Below, piece after piece: positions 49,517-62,489 of a stretch of DNA of 64,000 nt. Position 1 is the first letter of the stretch. Each line of letters begins with the position of its first letter. Source of the DNA: Macrostomum lignano (taxonomy: Eukaryota); the NCBI GenBank assembly GCA_002269645.1, contig NIVC01000414.1:124001-188000 (forward strand), in the 5' to 3' direction. The notes below the pieces were generated by a model, which did no database searches, was not told the DNA's origin, and was given only the letters and a program-made list of their open reading frames with translations. A program made the translations under genes and the position numbers.

Positions 49517-50769
49517 CTTTCGATCAATGATCTATCAATTGAAGTTTGACTATGCATGCGCCACTAACGTCGGAAATTCTGTGGCAACTCGGAGTTAACT
49601 TACCAAAACAGGGCTTTAGCTCTTAGACCTTCTGACAGCAGCTATAATCATTAGCTCGCAAGCTTCAATTCCAGTTCAGTTGGTCCAAAAAAATCCTTTA
49701 ATAATCCTCTCAGAAAATAAGGAAGACTGTTCCAATTATACGCTTGCCTAGAAATTGCAGGCTTTAATCTTTTGCTTGAATGCTTCCAGCTGATGCTACG
49801 CTCTGAAGGTTCCTTACTATTCGTTTTTTTGATTGCATAACGAGTATACGAGTATAACTAAGTTTGCTATAATATAATTGGTCTTTTTTAAACTTATAGT
49901 CTTATAATTTCACATGTTCCACGAGTGGAATTTCCTGTACCTAAAAATCATAATAATACATGGCACAGCTCGAATCTTTGGTTTTATGATTCTATTTTAT
50001 TATCTTTGTTACACATATTTGTTACAACCAAAAAACATTTAAATGGTTCTTAGGCACGGGACACATGAAATTGTACGTAGAATAAAAAATTAACATAGAA
50101 TCCTTATTTTCTGAACAAACAGCTTTATGAATATCAATAGAGCTATAAATAAGGTACAACCCTATATCTAAAAATTAACATTGGGTCTGCCTCCTATCGA
50201 ATGCAGTAACCATTTTTGTGCTGAAAAAATGAAAAATTCCTATCTCCGTAGTACATTTTTTGGCGAAAAGTGGCCTTCAAAACATTTTCCATAGATTTCG
50301 AGTGTTGCGCCCTTCTACTTGAGTAGTCCTTGCATTTGATTTCTGTACTCTACACGAGCAGCGTATCAATGTACGTGGAATCAAATACGGGAGTTTTGGT
50401 GAATATTTTATGACGACAATAGCATATCAATGCTGTTAACCCCTGTTAGGAGTGAAACTACCACTATTGTAGCTGCACTTTTACAGATGTACAGGTAATT
50501 ACCTTATGTTTTGATATTTCACTGGTAAACAAGCGCTGCACCCCCGTCAGCCATTGAAATTGTAAACATGTCAAAATTGGCATGTTACAGACCTCGTCAA
50601 TAGAAGCTTATCTTGATTTAAAACATCCCCCCCTTTTCTTTACATGTGCACGTCTGTTTGACTTCCTTTTGATGATGAAAGGGATCAATTTAGACGCAGG
50701 TTTCCGATTTTCTTTGAATGTACGCAGTTGCCATACCAGCTATGCAGCTTGCCATGCAGCCGCAGGCCC

Positions 50770-51690
50770 TCGTTTTGGCGCCGCAGCCAGGAACTAATTT
50801 TGGCTCCGCAGGCACTCATTTTGGCTCCGCAGGCACTCATTTTGGCTCCGCAGGCACTCATTTTGGCGTCGCAGGCACTCATTTTGGCTCCGCAGGCACT
50901 CATTTTGGCGTCGCAGGCACTCATTTTGGCACTGCAGGCACTCATTTTGGCACCGCAGGCACTCATTTTGGCACCGCAGGCACTCATTTTGGCGCCGCAG
51001 GCACTCATTTTGGCACCGCAGGCACTCATTTTGGCACTGCAGGCACTCATTTTGGCACCGCAGGCACTCATTTTGGCGCACTCGTTTTGGCGCCGCAGCC
51101 AGGAACTCATTTTGGCGCCGGAGGCACTAATTTTGGCTCCGCAGGCACTCATTTTGGCTCCGCAGGCACTCATTTTGGCTCCGCAGGCACTCATTTTGGC
51201 ACCGCAGGCACTCATTTTGGCGCCGCAGGCACTCATTTTGGCACCGCAGGCACTCATTTTGGCACTGCAGGCACTCATTTTGGCACCGCAGGCACTCATT
51301 TTGGCGCACTCGTTTTGGCGCCGCAGCCAGGAACTCATTTTGGCGCCGGAGGCACTAATTTTGGCTCCGCTGACACTCATTTTGGCGCCGCAGACACTCA
51401 TTTTGACGCCGCAGGCACTCATTTTGGCTCCGCAGGCACTCATTTTGACGCCGCAGACACTCATTTTGGCTCCGCAGGCACTCATTTTGGCTCCGCAGGC
51501 ACTCATTTTGGCTCCGCAGGCACTCATTTTGGCTCCGCAGGCACTCATTTTGGCTCCGCAGACACTCATTTTAGCGCCCCAAAGACTCATTTTGGCGCCC
51601 CAGGCACTCATTTTAGCTCCGCAGGCACTCATTTTGGCTCCGCAGGTACTCATTTTGCCGCCGCAGACACTCGTTTTGGCGCCATAGACA
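50770..51690 (+). repeat. 21-bp minisatellite GGCACTCATTTTGGC(T/A/G)CCGCA with a 228-bp higher-order duplication
   Basis: The variant block TTTTGGCGCACTCGTTTTGGCGCCGCAGCCAGG occurs at 51071 and 51299. Confidence 0.95.
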
Positions 51691-52559
51691 ATTATTTTGG
51701 CTCTTCAGGCGGTCATTTTATCGGAAGAATCGCTATATTTTGGCGTCCTGAAGCAAAAAATATTGATTTCCATAACGTCTCATAACGTGGGGGAGGGAAT
51801 ATGAATTGGCATGTTCTCCCCATAGCTTTCACTGGGGGAAATGTCCCTCCTTTGTGCTCCACCCCCCAGGAGGCGACGCCACTGTGCACATCATGTACGG
51901 TACGGCAAAAAACTACAACTACAACTCTGTAGTCCATGCAGTTGATGAAACACACAGAGCTGTGCGCACCTGTCCCTCGCCGCGATAGGGGTGCCACCTG
52001 CTCGTAGCCTATCTTAATTTAGAGCAGTTTCTGTTATCTCTATTTCTTATCATTTGTTTCATTTTCTACAATTTGTGGATTCTTTTTAATTGAGTTTTTC
52101 TTCTTCATCCACACTAAGGCTTCCGTATAGGTTTTGCAGATCTAGATTAACAGTCACGTGCTGGGTTTCTTCCTCAGTATTGAAGCACCGCGTCTGTTAG
52201 CATGCTGGCAGGAAGCCGCGTTGATGCTGGATTAACTAAAAGATGCTGGATTTTGAGTTTTTTTCGCCACTCTGGTAAAGTAAAGAATATTAATCAGTTT
52301 TGGCCCTCTTTTTCAATAATTTTTTTGCTACGACATAATGTTTTTTAAGGTTCGGAAAAGCAGAATTTATTGATTTCCACAGCTGCGTGACTTTTCTCTT
52401 GTAGGGTATTGGTGTTGCAGGTCGTGAGACTTTCTGTATCGACTTGGTTTAGCAATAGCAGGAAAATTGCTCATAGTCATACATTTGCATTTATCGTGAC
52501 CCAAAAATATAAGAAAATTCGAGTATGGACTCTCATGTAAATGCAGAACAGTGAAATAC

Positions 52560-55500
52560 TCAAGCGACCCCAATGTACACTCTCTATAGGGCAGAATCTA
52601 AATCAAGCGACCACAATGTACACTCTCTATAGGGCAGAATCTAAATCAAGCGACCCCAATGTACACTCTCTATAGGGCAGAATCTAAATCAAGCGACCCC
52701 AATGTACACTCTCTATAGGAGCAGAATCTAAATCAAGCCACCACAATGTACACTCTCTATAGGACAGAATCTAAATCAAGCGACCCCAATGTACACTCTC
52801 TATAGGGCAGAATCTAAATCAAGCGACCCCAATGTACACTCTCTATAGGAGCAGAATCTAAATCAAGCGACCCCAATGTACACTCTCTATAGGACAGAAT
52901 CTAAATCAAGCGACCCCAATGTACACTCTCTATAGGGCAGAATCTAAATCAAGCGACCACAATGTACACTCTCTATAGGGCAGAATCTAAATCAAGCGAC
53001 CCCAATGTACACTCTCTATAGGACAGAATCTAAATCAAGCGACCCCAATGTACACTCTCTATAGGACAGAATCTAAATCAAGCCACCACAATGTACACTC
53101 TCTATAGGGCAGAATCTAAATCAAGCGACCCCAATGTACACTCTCTATAGGGCAGAATCTAAATCAAGCCACCACAATGTACACTCTCTATAGGACAGAA
53201 TCTAAATCAAGCGACCCCAATGTACACTCTCTATAGGGCAGAATCTAAATCAAGCGACCCCAATGTACACTCTCTATAGGAGCAGAATCTAAATCAAGCG
53301 ACCCCAATGTACACTCTCTATAGGACAGAATCTAAATCAAGCGACCCCAATGTACACTCTCTATAGGGCAGAATCTAAATCAAGCGACCCCAATGTACAC
53401 TCTCTATAGGGCAGAATCTAAATCAAGCGACCCCAATGTACACTCTCTATAGGGCAGAATCTAAATCAAGCGACCCCAATGTACACTCTCTATAGGACAG
53501 AATCTAAATCAACCGACCCCAATGTACACTCTCTATAGGGCAGAATCTAAATCAAGCGAACCCAGTGTACACTCTCTATAGGGCAGAATCTAAATCAAGC
53601 GACCCCAATGTACACTCTCTATAGGACAGAATCTAAATCAAGCGACCCCAATGTACACTCTCTATAGGACAGAATCTAAATCAAGCGACCCCAATGTACA
53701 CTCTCTATAGGACAGAATCTAAATCAAGCGACCCCAATGTACACTCTCTATAGGGCAGAATCTAAATCAAGCGACCACAATGTACACTCTCTATAGGGCA
53801 GAATCTAAATCAAGCGACCCCAATGTACACTCTCTATAGGGCAGAATCTAAATCAAGCGACCCCAATGTACACTCTCTATAGGACAGAATCTAAATCAAG
53901 CCACCACAATGTACACTCTCTATAGGGCAGAATCTAAATCAAGCGACCCCAATGTACACTCTCTATAGGGCAGAATCTAAATCAAGCCACCACAAAGTAC
54001 ACTCTCTATAGGACAGAATCTAAATCAAGCGACCCCAATGTACACTCTCTATAGGGCAGAATCTAAATCAAGCGACCCCAATGTACACTCTCTATAGGAG
54101 CAGAATCTAAATCAAGCCACCACAATGTACACTCTCTATAGGGCAGAATCTAAATCAAGCGACCCCAATGTACACTCTCTATAGGGCAGAATCTAAATCA
54201 AGCGACCCCAATGTACACTCTCTATAGGACAGAATCTAAATCAAGCGACCCCAATGTACACTCTCTATAGGACAGAATCTAAATCAAGCGACCCCAATGT
54301 ACACTCTCTATAGGACAGAATCTAAATCAAGCGAACCCAGTGTACACTCTCTATAGGACAGAATCTAAATCAAGCGACCCCAATTTACACTCTCTATAGG
54401 ACAGAATCTAAATCAAGCGACCCCAATGTACACTCTCTATAGGGCAGAATCTAAATCAAGCCACCACAATGTACACTCTCTATAGGAGCAGAATCTAAAT
54501 CAAGCGACCACAATGTACACTCTCTATAGGACAGAATCTAAGTCAAGCCACCACAATGTACACTTTTTAGGACAGAATCAAAATCAAGCGACTCCAATGT
54601 ACACTCTCTATAGGACAGAATCTAAATCAAGCGACCCCAATGTACACTCTCTATAGGACAGAATCTAAATCAAGCGACTCCAATGTACACTCTCTATAGG
54701 GCAGAATCTAGATCAAGCGACCACAATGTACACTCTCTATAGGGCAGAATCTAAATCAAGCCACCACAATGTACACTCTCTATAGGACAGAATCTAAATC
54801 AAGCGACCCCAATGTACACTCTCTATAGGACAGAATCTAAATCAAGCGACCCCAATGTACACTCTCTATAGGACAGAATCTAAATCAAGCGACCCCAATG
54901 TACACTCTCTATAGGACAGAATCTAAATCAAGCGACCCCAATGTACACTCTCTATAGGACAGAATCTAAATCAAGCCACCACAATGTACACTCTCTATAG
55001 GACAGAATCTAGATCAAGCGACCCCAATGTACACTCTCTATAGGACAGAATCTAAGTCAAGCCACCACAATGTACACTCTCTATAGGACAGAATCTAAAT
55101 CAAGCGACCCCAATTTACACTCTCTATAGGACAGAATCTAAATCAAGCGACCCCAATGTACACTCTCTATAGGACAGAATCTAAATCAAGCGACCCCAAT
55201 GTACACTCTCTATAGGACAGAATCTAAATCAAGCGACCCCAATGTACACACTCTATAGGACAGAATCTAAATCAAGTGACCCCAATGTACACTCTCTATA
55301 GGAGCAGAATCTAAATCAAGCGAACCCAATGTACACTCTCTATAGGACAGAATCTAAATCAAGCGACCCCAATGTACACTCTCTATAGGACAGAATCTAA
55401 ATCAAGCCACCACAATGTACACTCTCTATAGGACAGAATCTAGATCAAGCGACCCCAATGTACACTCTCTATAGGACAGAATCTAAGTCAAGCCACCACA

Positions 55501-56030
55501 ATGTACACTCTCTATAGGACAGAATCTAAATCAAGCGACCCCAATGTACACTCTCTATAGGACAGAAACTAAATCAAGCGACCCCAATGTACACACTCTA
55601 TAGGACAGAATCTAAATCAAGCGACCCCAATGTACACACTCTATAGGACAGAATCTAAATCAAGTGACCCCAATGTACACTCTCTATAGGACAGAATCTA
55701 AATCAAGCGACCCCAATGTACACTCTCTATAGGACAGAAACTAAATCAAGCGACCCCAATGTACACACTCTATAGGACAGAATCTAAATCAAGCGACCCC
55801 AATGTACACACTCTATAGGACAGAATCTAAATCAAGTGACCCCAATGTACACTCTCTATAGGAGCAGAATCTAAATCAAGCGAACCCAATGTACACTCTC
55901 TATAGGACAGAATCTAAATCAAGCGACCCCAATGTACACTCTCTATAGGACAGAATCTAAATCAAGTGACCCCAATGTACACTCTCTATAGGAGCAGAAT
56001 CTAAATCAAGCGAACCCAATGTACGCTCTC
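52560..56030 (+). repeat. 43-bp minisatellite, ~80 copies
   Basis: Unit CAAGCGACCCCAATGTACACTCTCTATAGG(G/A)CAGAATCTAAAT. Confidence 0.98.
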
Positions 56031-56564
56031 TACAGGATAGAAGCGAAATTTTCTAAGGTTTCCATTGCGGCCAATTTCAGGCTAAAAACAACCTCACGGA
56101 CCCAGCAGCCGCAACCAAAGCTTTTTGTCGCCTCTGTGATGGAGTTGTGGATTGACTATTTTTTCTCTGGCAGAATTCTCTCGCCGCCACTCCAACATCA
56201 TTGACGTTTTTTTTCGCGGCTGAAAAAGCACAAAAACTTGGTTTGAGTTGGAGGACTCAACTTGAGGGAGACTGCGTGGAAGAGGATGGAAACGAGCAAC
56301 AACTTTACTGCTGTAGCTCGGCGCGGCAGATGAAGGAGGCTGGGGACTGAGAAATCGATAGTCGATTTGCCAAGCGCCCTAATTCGGTTTTCTGTCGAGT
56401 TTTCAGGTCCGCTTGGCGATGGCCAAAGCTTTCATGCTTGATGCTGTTTTAAAAGATTTTTTCTATGCTTGAGTCATTCTGCCACTGTCCGTTCTCCGTG
56501 AGCATCAGTGTTTTTCTGCGATATTTTTGTGCCGAAACTGTTTCTTGACAACCAGTATTTTGTT

Positions 56565-57755
56565 GATGAGGCAGATGGGTGTCAGATGAGGCAGATGGGT
56601 GTCAGATGGGGCAGATGGGTGTCAGATGAGGCAATTGGGTGTCAGATGGGGCAATTGAGTGTCAGATGAGACAGATGGGTGTCAGATGAGACAGATGGGT
56701 GTCAGATGAGACAGATGGGTGTCAGATGAGACAGATGGGGGTCAGATGGGGCACTTGGTGTCAGATGAGACAGATGGGTGTCAGATGAGACAGATGGGTG
56801 TCAGATGAGACAGATGGGGGTCAAGATGGGGCAATTTGGTGTCAGATGGGGCAGATAGGTGTCAGATGAGGCAGATGGGTATCAAATGAGGCAGATGGGT
56901 GTCAGATGAGGCAGATGGGTATTAAATGAGGCAGATGGGTGTCAGATGAGGCAGATGGGTGTCAGATAGGGCATTTGGGTGTCAGATAGGGCAGATGGGT
57001 GTCAGATGAGGCAGATGGGTGTTAGATGAGGCAGATGGGTATCAAATGAGGCAGATGGGTGTCAGATGAGGCAGATGGGTGTCAGATGAGACAGATGGGT
57101 GTCAGATGAGGCAGATGGGTGTCAGATGAGGCAGATGGGTGTCAGATGAGACAGATGGGTGTCAGATGGGGCAGATGGGTGTCAGATAAGGCAGATGGGT
57201 GTCAGATGAGGCAAATTGGTGTCAGATGGGGCAGATGGGTGTCAGATGGGGCAGATGGGTGTCAGATGGGGCAGATGGGTGTCAGATGAGGCAAATTGGT
57301 GTCAGATGGGGCAGATGGGTGTCAGATGGGGCAGATGGGTGTCAGATGGGGCAGATGGGTGTCAGATGAGGCATTCGGGTGTCAGATGGGGCAATTGAGT
57401 GTCAGATGGGGCAATTGGGTGTCAGATGAGACAGATGGGTGTCAGGTGGGGCAGATGGGTGTCAGATGAGACAGATGGGTGTCAGATGGGGCAGATGGGT
57501 GTCAGATAAGGCAGATGGGTGTCAGATGAGACAGATGGGTGTCAGATGGGGCAGATGGGTGTCAGATAAGGCAGATGGGTGTCAGATGAGGCAAATTGGT
57601 GTCAGATGGGGCAGATGGGTGTCAGATGGGGCAGATGGGTGTCAGATAAGGCAGATGGGTGTCAGATGAGGCAAATTGGTGTCAGATGGGGCAGATGGGT
57701 GTCAGATGGGGCAATTGGGTGTCAGATGAGACAGATGGGTGTCAGGTGGGGCAGT
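56565..57755 (+). repeat. 20-bp minisatellite GTCAGATG(A/G)GGCAGATGGGT, ~59 copies
   Basis: Directly visible. Confidence 0.97.
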
Positions 57756-58479
57756 CTGGTGGAAACTTCGCAATGATCCAAGGAGAGTCAATATTTCCAA
57801 GGCGACAGCCCTGCATTTTAACTGCTGTTTATAGTAACGAGTTGTCTTGTGTATTTTTGCACGTTTATTCATGCGACTAAAAATGAAACAGAGTTATGTA
57901 TATTTCATGTACAGTAAAATAAAAAGACAGTATATAAGAGTCAGAGTCAAGCACATGGCTCCCACAGAGCATTACCAAATTAAAGATTTCATGCTCTCAT
58001 CATATGTATGCTCTCAGGTGCGTCATCGGTTTTATGCAAACAAACTATTGAATAGCTAACCAATCAGGTATAGGTGTGTACAGGTGGGGTGCGTTTATGG
58101 ATTATCCCTATAATCTACTGTCACAGGTCACTGACTCGCTGCCTATGTACAAGTGAAAGCATTAATACCAGCATGCACTTTAACATGTTTATATATAGCA
58201 TGTGCAGTTGCGGAATGTCACACACTGAGATGAATCAATATATCGACTTTAAATTCTGTCCTGTCCTGTTGTGAGCAGTGCTCCCCGGTACACAAAGTAC
58301 TCGAGAATGATAGAACCTGATGGAGAGGCAATATGATTAATAACAAGTTTTTTATATGCACTTTAGTTGAATGACTATGCCGAGAAAAAGACAATATTGC
58401 GTTGACAAACAAATAGCATTGCTTTTAAAAATAACAGCTGTGAGGTTAAACAGTGACTCAAAATTAACTCTCTGGTCAG

Positions 58480-61400
58480 TTAGTGGCCAATGGTCTGGTT
58501 GAAAGAAGCATTGGCCAGAATGTTTCTTCTAGTAGGTAGATGCTGCTGCTGCTGTTGCTGTTGCTGCTGTTGCTGCTGCGAACTGCCTGCTGTGTCTCTC
58601 AGAAGTCTTGGCAGATTCAACATCTGTTGCTGCAATGCCAAGGTTGACAAAGTTTTTAATGAACATGTTGATTTTTAATGGTTAAGACGAAATAATCTTA
58701 AAGTTATTTATCATTACCCTGACTCATGAACCCTCACTGATGCTCATTGTGCTGACTCATGAACCCTCACTGATGCTCATTGTGCTGACTCATGAGCCCT
58801 CACTGATGCTCATTGTGCTGACTCATGAACCCTCACTGATGCTCATTGTGCTGACTCATGAGCCCTCACTGATGCTCATTGTGCTGACTCATGAACCCTC
58901 ACTGATGCTCATTGTGCTGACTTATGAACACTCACTGATGCTCATTGTGCTGACTTATGAACACTCACTGATGCTCATTGTGCTGACTTATGAACACTCA
59001 CTGATGCTCATTGTGCTGACTTATGAACACTCACTGATGCTCATTGTGCTGACTTATGAACCCTCACTGATGCTCATTGTGCTGACTCATGAGCCCTCAC
59101 TGATGCTCATTGTGCTGACTCATGAGCCCTCACTGATGCTCATTGTGCTGACTCATGAACCCTCACTGATGCTCATTGTGCTGACTCATGAACCCTCACT
59201 GATGCTCATTGTGCTGACTCATGAACCCTCACTGATGCTCATTGTGCTGACTCATGAGCCCTCACTGATGCTCATTGTGCTGACTCATGAACCCTCACTG
59301 ATGCTCATTGTGCTGACTCATGAACCCTCACTCATGCTCATTGTGCTGACTTATGAACACTCACTGATGCTCATTGTGCTGACTCATGAGCCCTCACTGA
59401 TGCTCATTGTGCTGACTCATGACCTATTGTCCTCATGCTCATTGTGCTGACTCATGACCTATTGTCCTCATGCTCATTGTGCTGACTCATGACCTATTGT
59501 CCTCATGCTCAGAGGTCTCAAGAGTTGCATAGAAGGACATTCAGAACTATTCGACACTCATTAGCCATTTTATAAAAAATGAATCCAAAATATTATCAGT
59601 TCATAAGTGCAAATATCCACTTGCAATGGCCGCTGTGCAAGTCCCTCACAGCGATATTGATTCCCAGGAGAAATCCCTCGACCAGCACCCTCTCACGCCT
59701 GACGCCTGGAGCAATCCTCTTGAGAAATCAATAATCAGAGATCAGAGTCCGTTTAATTATATTTTTGAATTCGCGAAGAATCATTAATCTGCGTGAGATC
59801 TCCCAGCTCTTTGGTATGCGCACGCATATTTGATTCTATTTTTTAAACTGATTTCGGATTCTCGGCTTCTGTCAGACGGAGTGAAAGCAAATAGGAAATC
59901 CAATAGAGCTGCAATCAGTGAGATCATTCACTGACTTTCCACACAGTTGCCGGCTAAATTGCTCACAATGGGGCCGTCATCGCTTCGATAAAAGAGCCTC
60001 AGCTAATGGACCAGTTCTCCGCGATCCAATTTTTTTTCCAATTCAGAATTTTTCAGGAGAGGAAAAAACGTTCAACTTAATTTATGCGCACTATTCATTC
60101 GATTTTTTCTAGGTGAATATTTGCGCCCCTGTCTTAGGTTGGCGCCCTGTCTTTTAGGTTGGCGCCCCTGTCTTTTAGGTTGGCGTCCCTGTCTCTTAGG
60201 TTGGCGCCCTGTCTCTTAGGTTGGCGCCCCTGTCTTTTAGGTTGGCGATCCTGTCTCTTAGATTGGCGCCCCTGTCTCTTAGGTTGGCGATCCTGTCTCT
60301 TAGGTTGGCGCCCCTGTCTTTTAGGTTGGCGCCCCTGTCTCTTAGGTTGGCGTCCCTGTCTTCTAGGTTGGTGCCCCTGTCTTTTAGGTTGGCGTCCCTG
60401 TCTTCTAGGTTGGTGCCCCTGTCTTTTAGATGGGTTCCACTATTTTTAGGTGGGCGCCCCCGTCTTTTAGGTTGGCGCCCCTGTCTTTTAGATTGGCGCC
60501 CCTGTCTTTTAGGTTGGCGTCCCTGTCTTCTATGTTGGCGCCCCTGTCTTTTAGGTTGGCGCCCCCGTCTTCTAGGTTGGTGCCCCTGTCTCTTAGGTTG
60601 GCGCCCCTGTCTTTTAGGTTGGCGCCCCTGTCTTTTATGTTGGTGCCCCTGTCTCTTAGGTTGGCGCCCCTGTCTTTTAGATTGGCGCCCCTGTCTTTTA
60701 GGTTGGCGCCCCTGTCTTTTAGGTTGGCGCCCCAGTCTCTTAGGTTGGCGCCCCTGTCTTTTAGGTTGGCGCCCCGGTCTCTTAGATTGGCGCCCCTGTC
60801 TTTCAGGTTGGCGCCCCTGTCTTTTAGGTTGGCGCCCCTGTCTCTTAGATGGGTTCCACTATTTTTTAGGTTAGCGCCCCTGTCTTTTAGGTTAGCGCCC
60901 CTGTCTTTTAGGTTGGCGCCCCTGTCTTTTAGGTTGGCGCCCCTGTCTTTTAGATTGGCGCCCCTGTCTTTTAGGTTGGCGTCCCTGTCTTCTAGGTTGG
61001 CGCCCCTGTCTTTTATGTTGGTGCCCCTGTCTTTTAGGTTGGCGCCCTGTCTTTTAGGTTGGCGTCCCTGTCTCTTAGGTTGGCGCCCCTGTCTTTTAGG
61101 TGGGCACCCCTGTCTTCTAGGTTGGTGCCCCTGTCTTTTAGGTTGGCGTCCCTGTCTTCTAGGTTGGTGCCCCTGTCTTTTAGATGGGTTCCACTATTTT
61201 TTAGGTGGGCGCCCCCGTCTTTTAGGTTGGCGCCCCTGTCTCTTAGATTGGCGCCCCTGTCTTTTAGGTTGGCGTCCCTGTCTTCTAGGTTGGCGTCCCT
61301 GTCTTTTTGGTTGGCGCCCCTGTCTTTTAGGTTGGCGCCCCTGTCTTTTAGGTTGGCGCCCCTGACTTTTAGGTTGGCGCCCCTGTCTTTTAGGTTGGCG

Positions 61401-62304
61401 CCCCTGTCTCTTAGATTGGCGCCCCTGTCTCTTAGGTGGGCACCCCTGTCTTTTAGGTTGGCGCCCCTGTCTTTTAGGTTAGCGTCCCTGTCTTCTAGGT
61501 TGGTGCCCCTGTCTTTTATCTTGGTGCCCCTGTCTTTTAGGTTGGCGCCCCTGACTTTTAGGTTGGCGCCCCTGTCTTTTAGGTTGGCGCCCCGGCCTGT
61601 CTCTTAGATTGGCGCCCCTGTCTCTTAGGTGGGCACCCCTGTCTTTTAGGTTGGCGCCCCTGTCTTTTAGGTTGGTGCCCCTGTCTTTTAGGTTGGCGCC
61701 CCTGTCTTTTAGGTTGGCGCCCCTGTCTTTTAGGTTGGCGCCCCTGTCTTTTAGGTTGGCGCCCCTGTCTCTTAGGTTAGCGCCCCTGTCTCTTAGGTTG
61801 GCGCCCCTGTCTCTTAGGTGGGCACCCCTGTCTCTTAGGTTGGCGCCCCTGTCTCTTAGGTTGGCGCCCCAGTCTTTTAGGTTGGCGCCCCTGTCTCTTA
61901 GGTTGACGCCCCTGTGTCTTAGTTAGGCGCCCTTTGTCTTTAAGATGGGCGCCCCTGTCTTCAGGTGGGTAGGCTGGCGGCTTAAATGCAGTTTATGCCA
62001 TTTGTGCTACTGAGAGAGAGATATAATTAAACCAGGGATAAAGTTATGGAATCGAGACAGTGCTTCAGATCCCGGACACTGCGCTAGAAGCTCAGAATTA
62101 AAACACTCTAGGAGTAGTCTCTGATAGATGATGATTTATGCGATTTTATTACTCCGATTGCCCTCTATACGAGCAATTACAGCTCATCATAAATCGATTT
62201 ACCTGCAGCATCATTAGGTAGTCCTCAATCTTGTCCATTCGCTCTCTCAGGCAGTCCTGCTCATTGTGCATCGCCTGCACTGTGCCGAAAATGTCCGACT
62301 GGGT
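58480..62304 (-). CDS. KCNN: 3-prime coding exons of a small-conductance Ca-activated K+ channel (SK/KCNN-like); the gene continues beyond the window
   Basis: Exons 62203..62304 (TQSDIFGTVQAMHNEQDCLRERMDKIEDYLMMLQ, phase 0/0) and 58480..58629 (QQMLNLPRLLRDTAGSS-polyQ-HLPTRRNILANASFNQTIGH*). The joined peptide parallels the SK post-CaMBD coiled coil (recalled fly SK TQNTVYEIISDMSSRQDAIEERLTNLEDKMQSIQEHMESLPDLL). The exon begins at the TQ boundary seen in KCNN genes. Neither exon is in the ORF track. Confidence 0.7.
58715..59510 (+). repeat. 33-bp minisatellite (KCNN last intron)
   Basis: Unit CTCATGAACCCTCACTGATGCTCATTGTGCTGA, ~23 copies. Confidence 0.97.
60120..61975 (+). repeat. 21-bp minisatellite GTTGGCGCCCCTGTCTTTTAG, ~85 copies (KCNN last intron)
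   Basis: Its reverse complement is nearly identical to the 12557-12985 unit. Confidence 0.97.
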
Positions 62305-62489
62305 CTGCGGATCGGGGACAGCGGGGTTGGGTGAGCCGTTATTGTTTGAGTCTGTAATTATCTGTAATTATCTGAAATAATTGGACTGTTCTGTGCAGAA
62401 CAGTAGCTGTTAAAATAGGTATGATTGGGTAGAGTTTGGCGACTTGTTTAATCACTGTGGATAAGTCTTCTGTTTTGCTTTGTAGTCCA

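Noticed and set aside
50685-51785. 320-355-aa ORFs (GTHFGSA, CGAKMSA and similar)
   Set aside because: Translations of a 21-bp minisatellite, open in several frames on both strands.
58740-59450. 236-aa ORF of MLIVLTHEPSL repeats
   Set aside because: In-frame 33-bp minisatellite, antisense within the last KCNN intron; no unique coding flanks.
60159-61926. LAPLSFR-type ORFs
   Set aside because: 21-bp array artefact.
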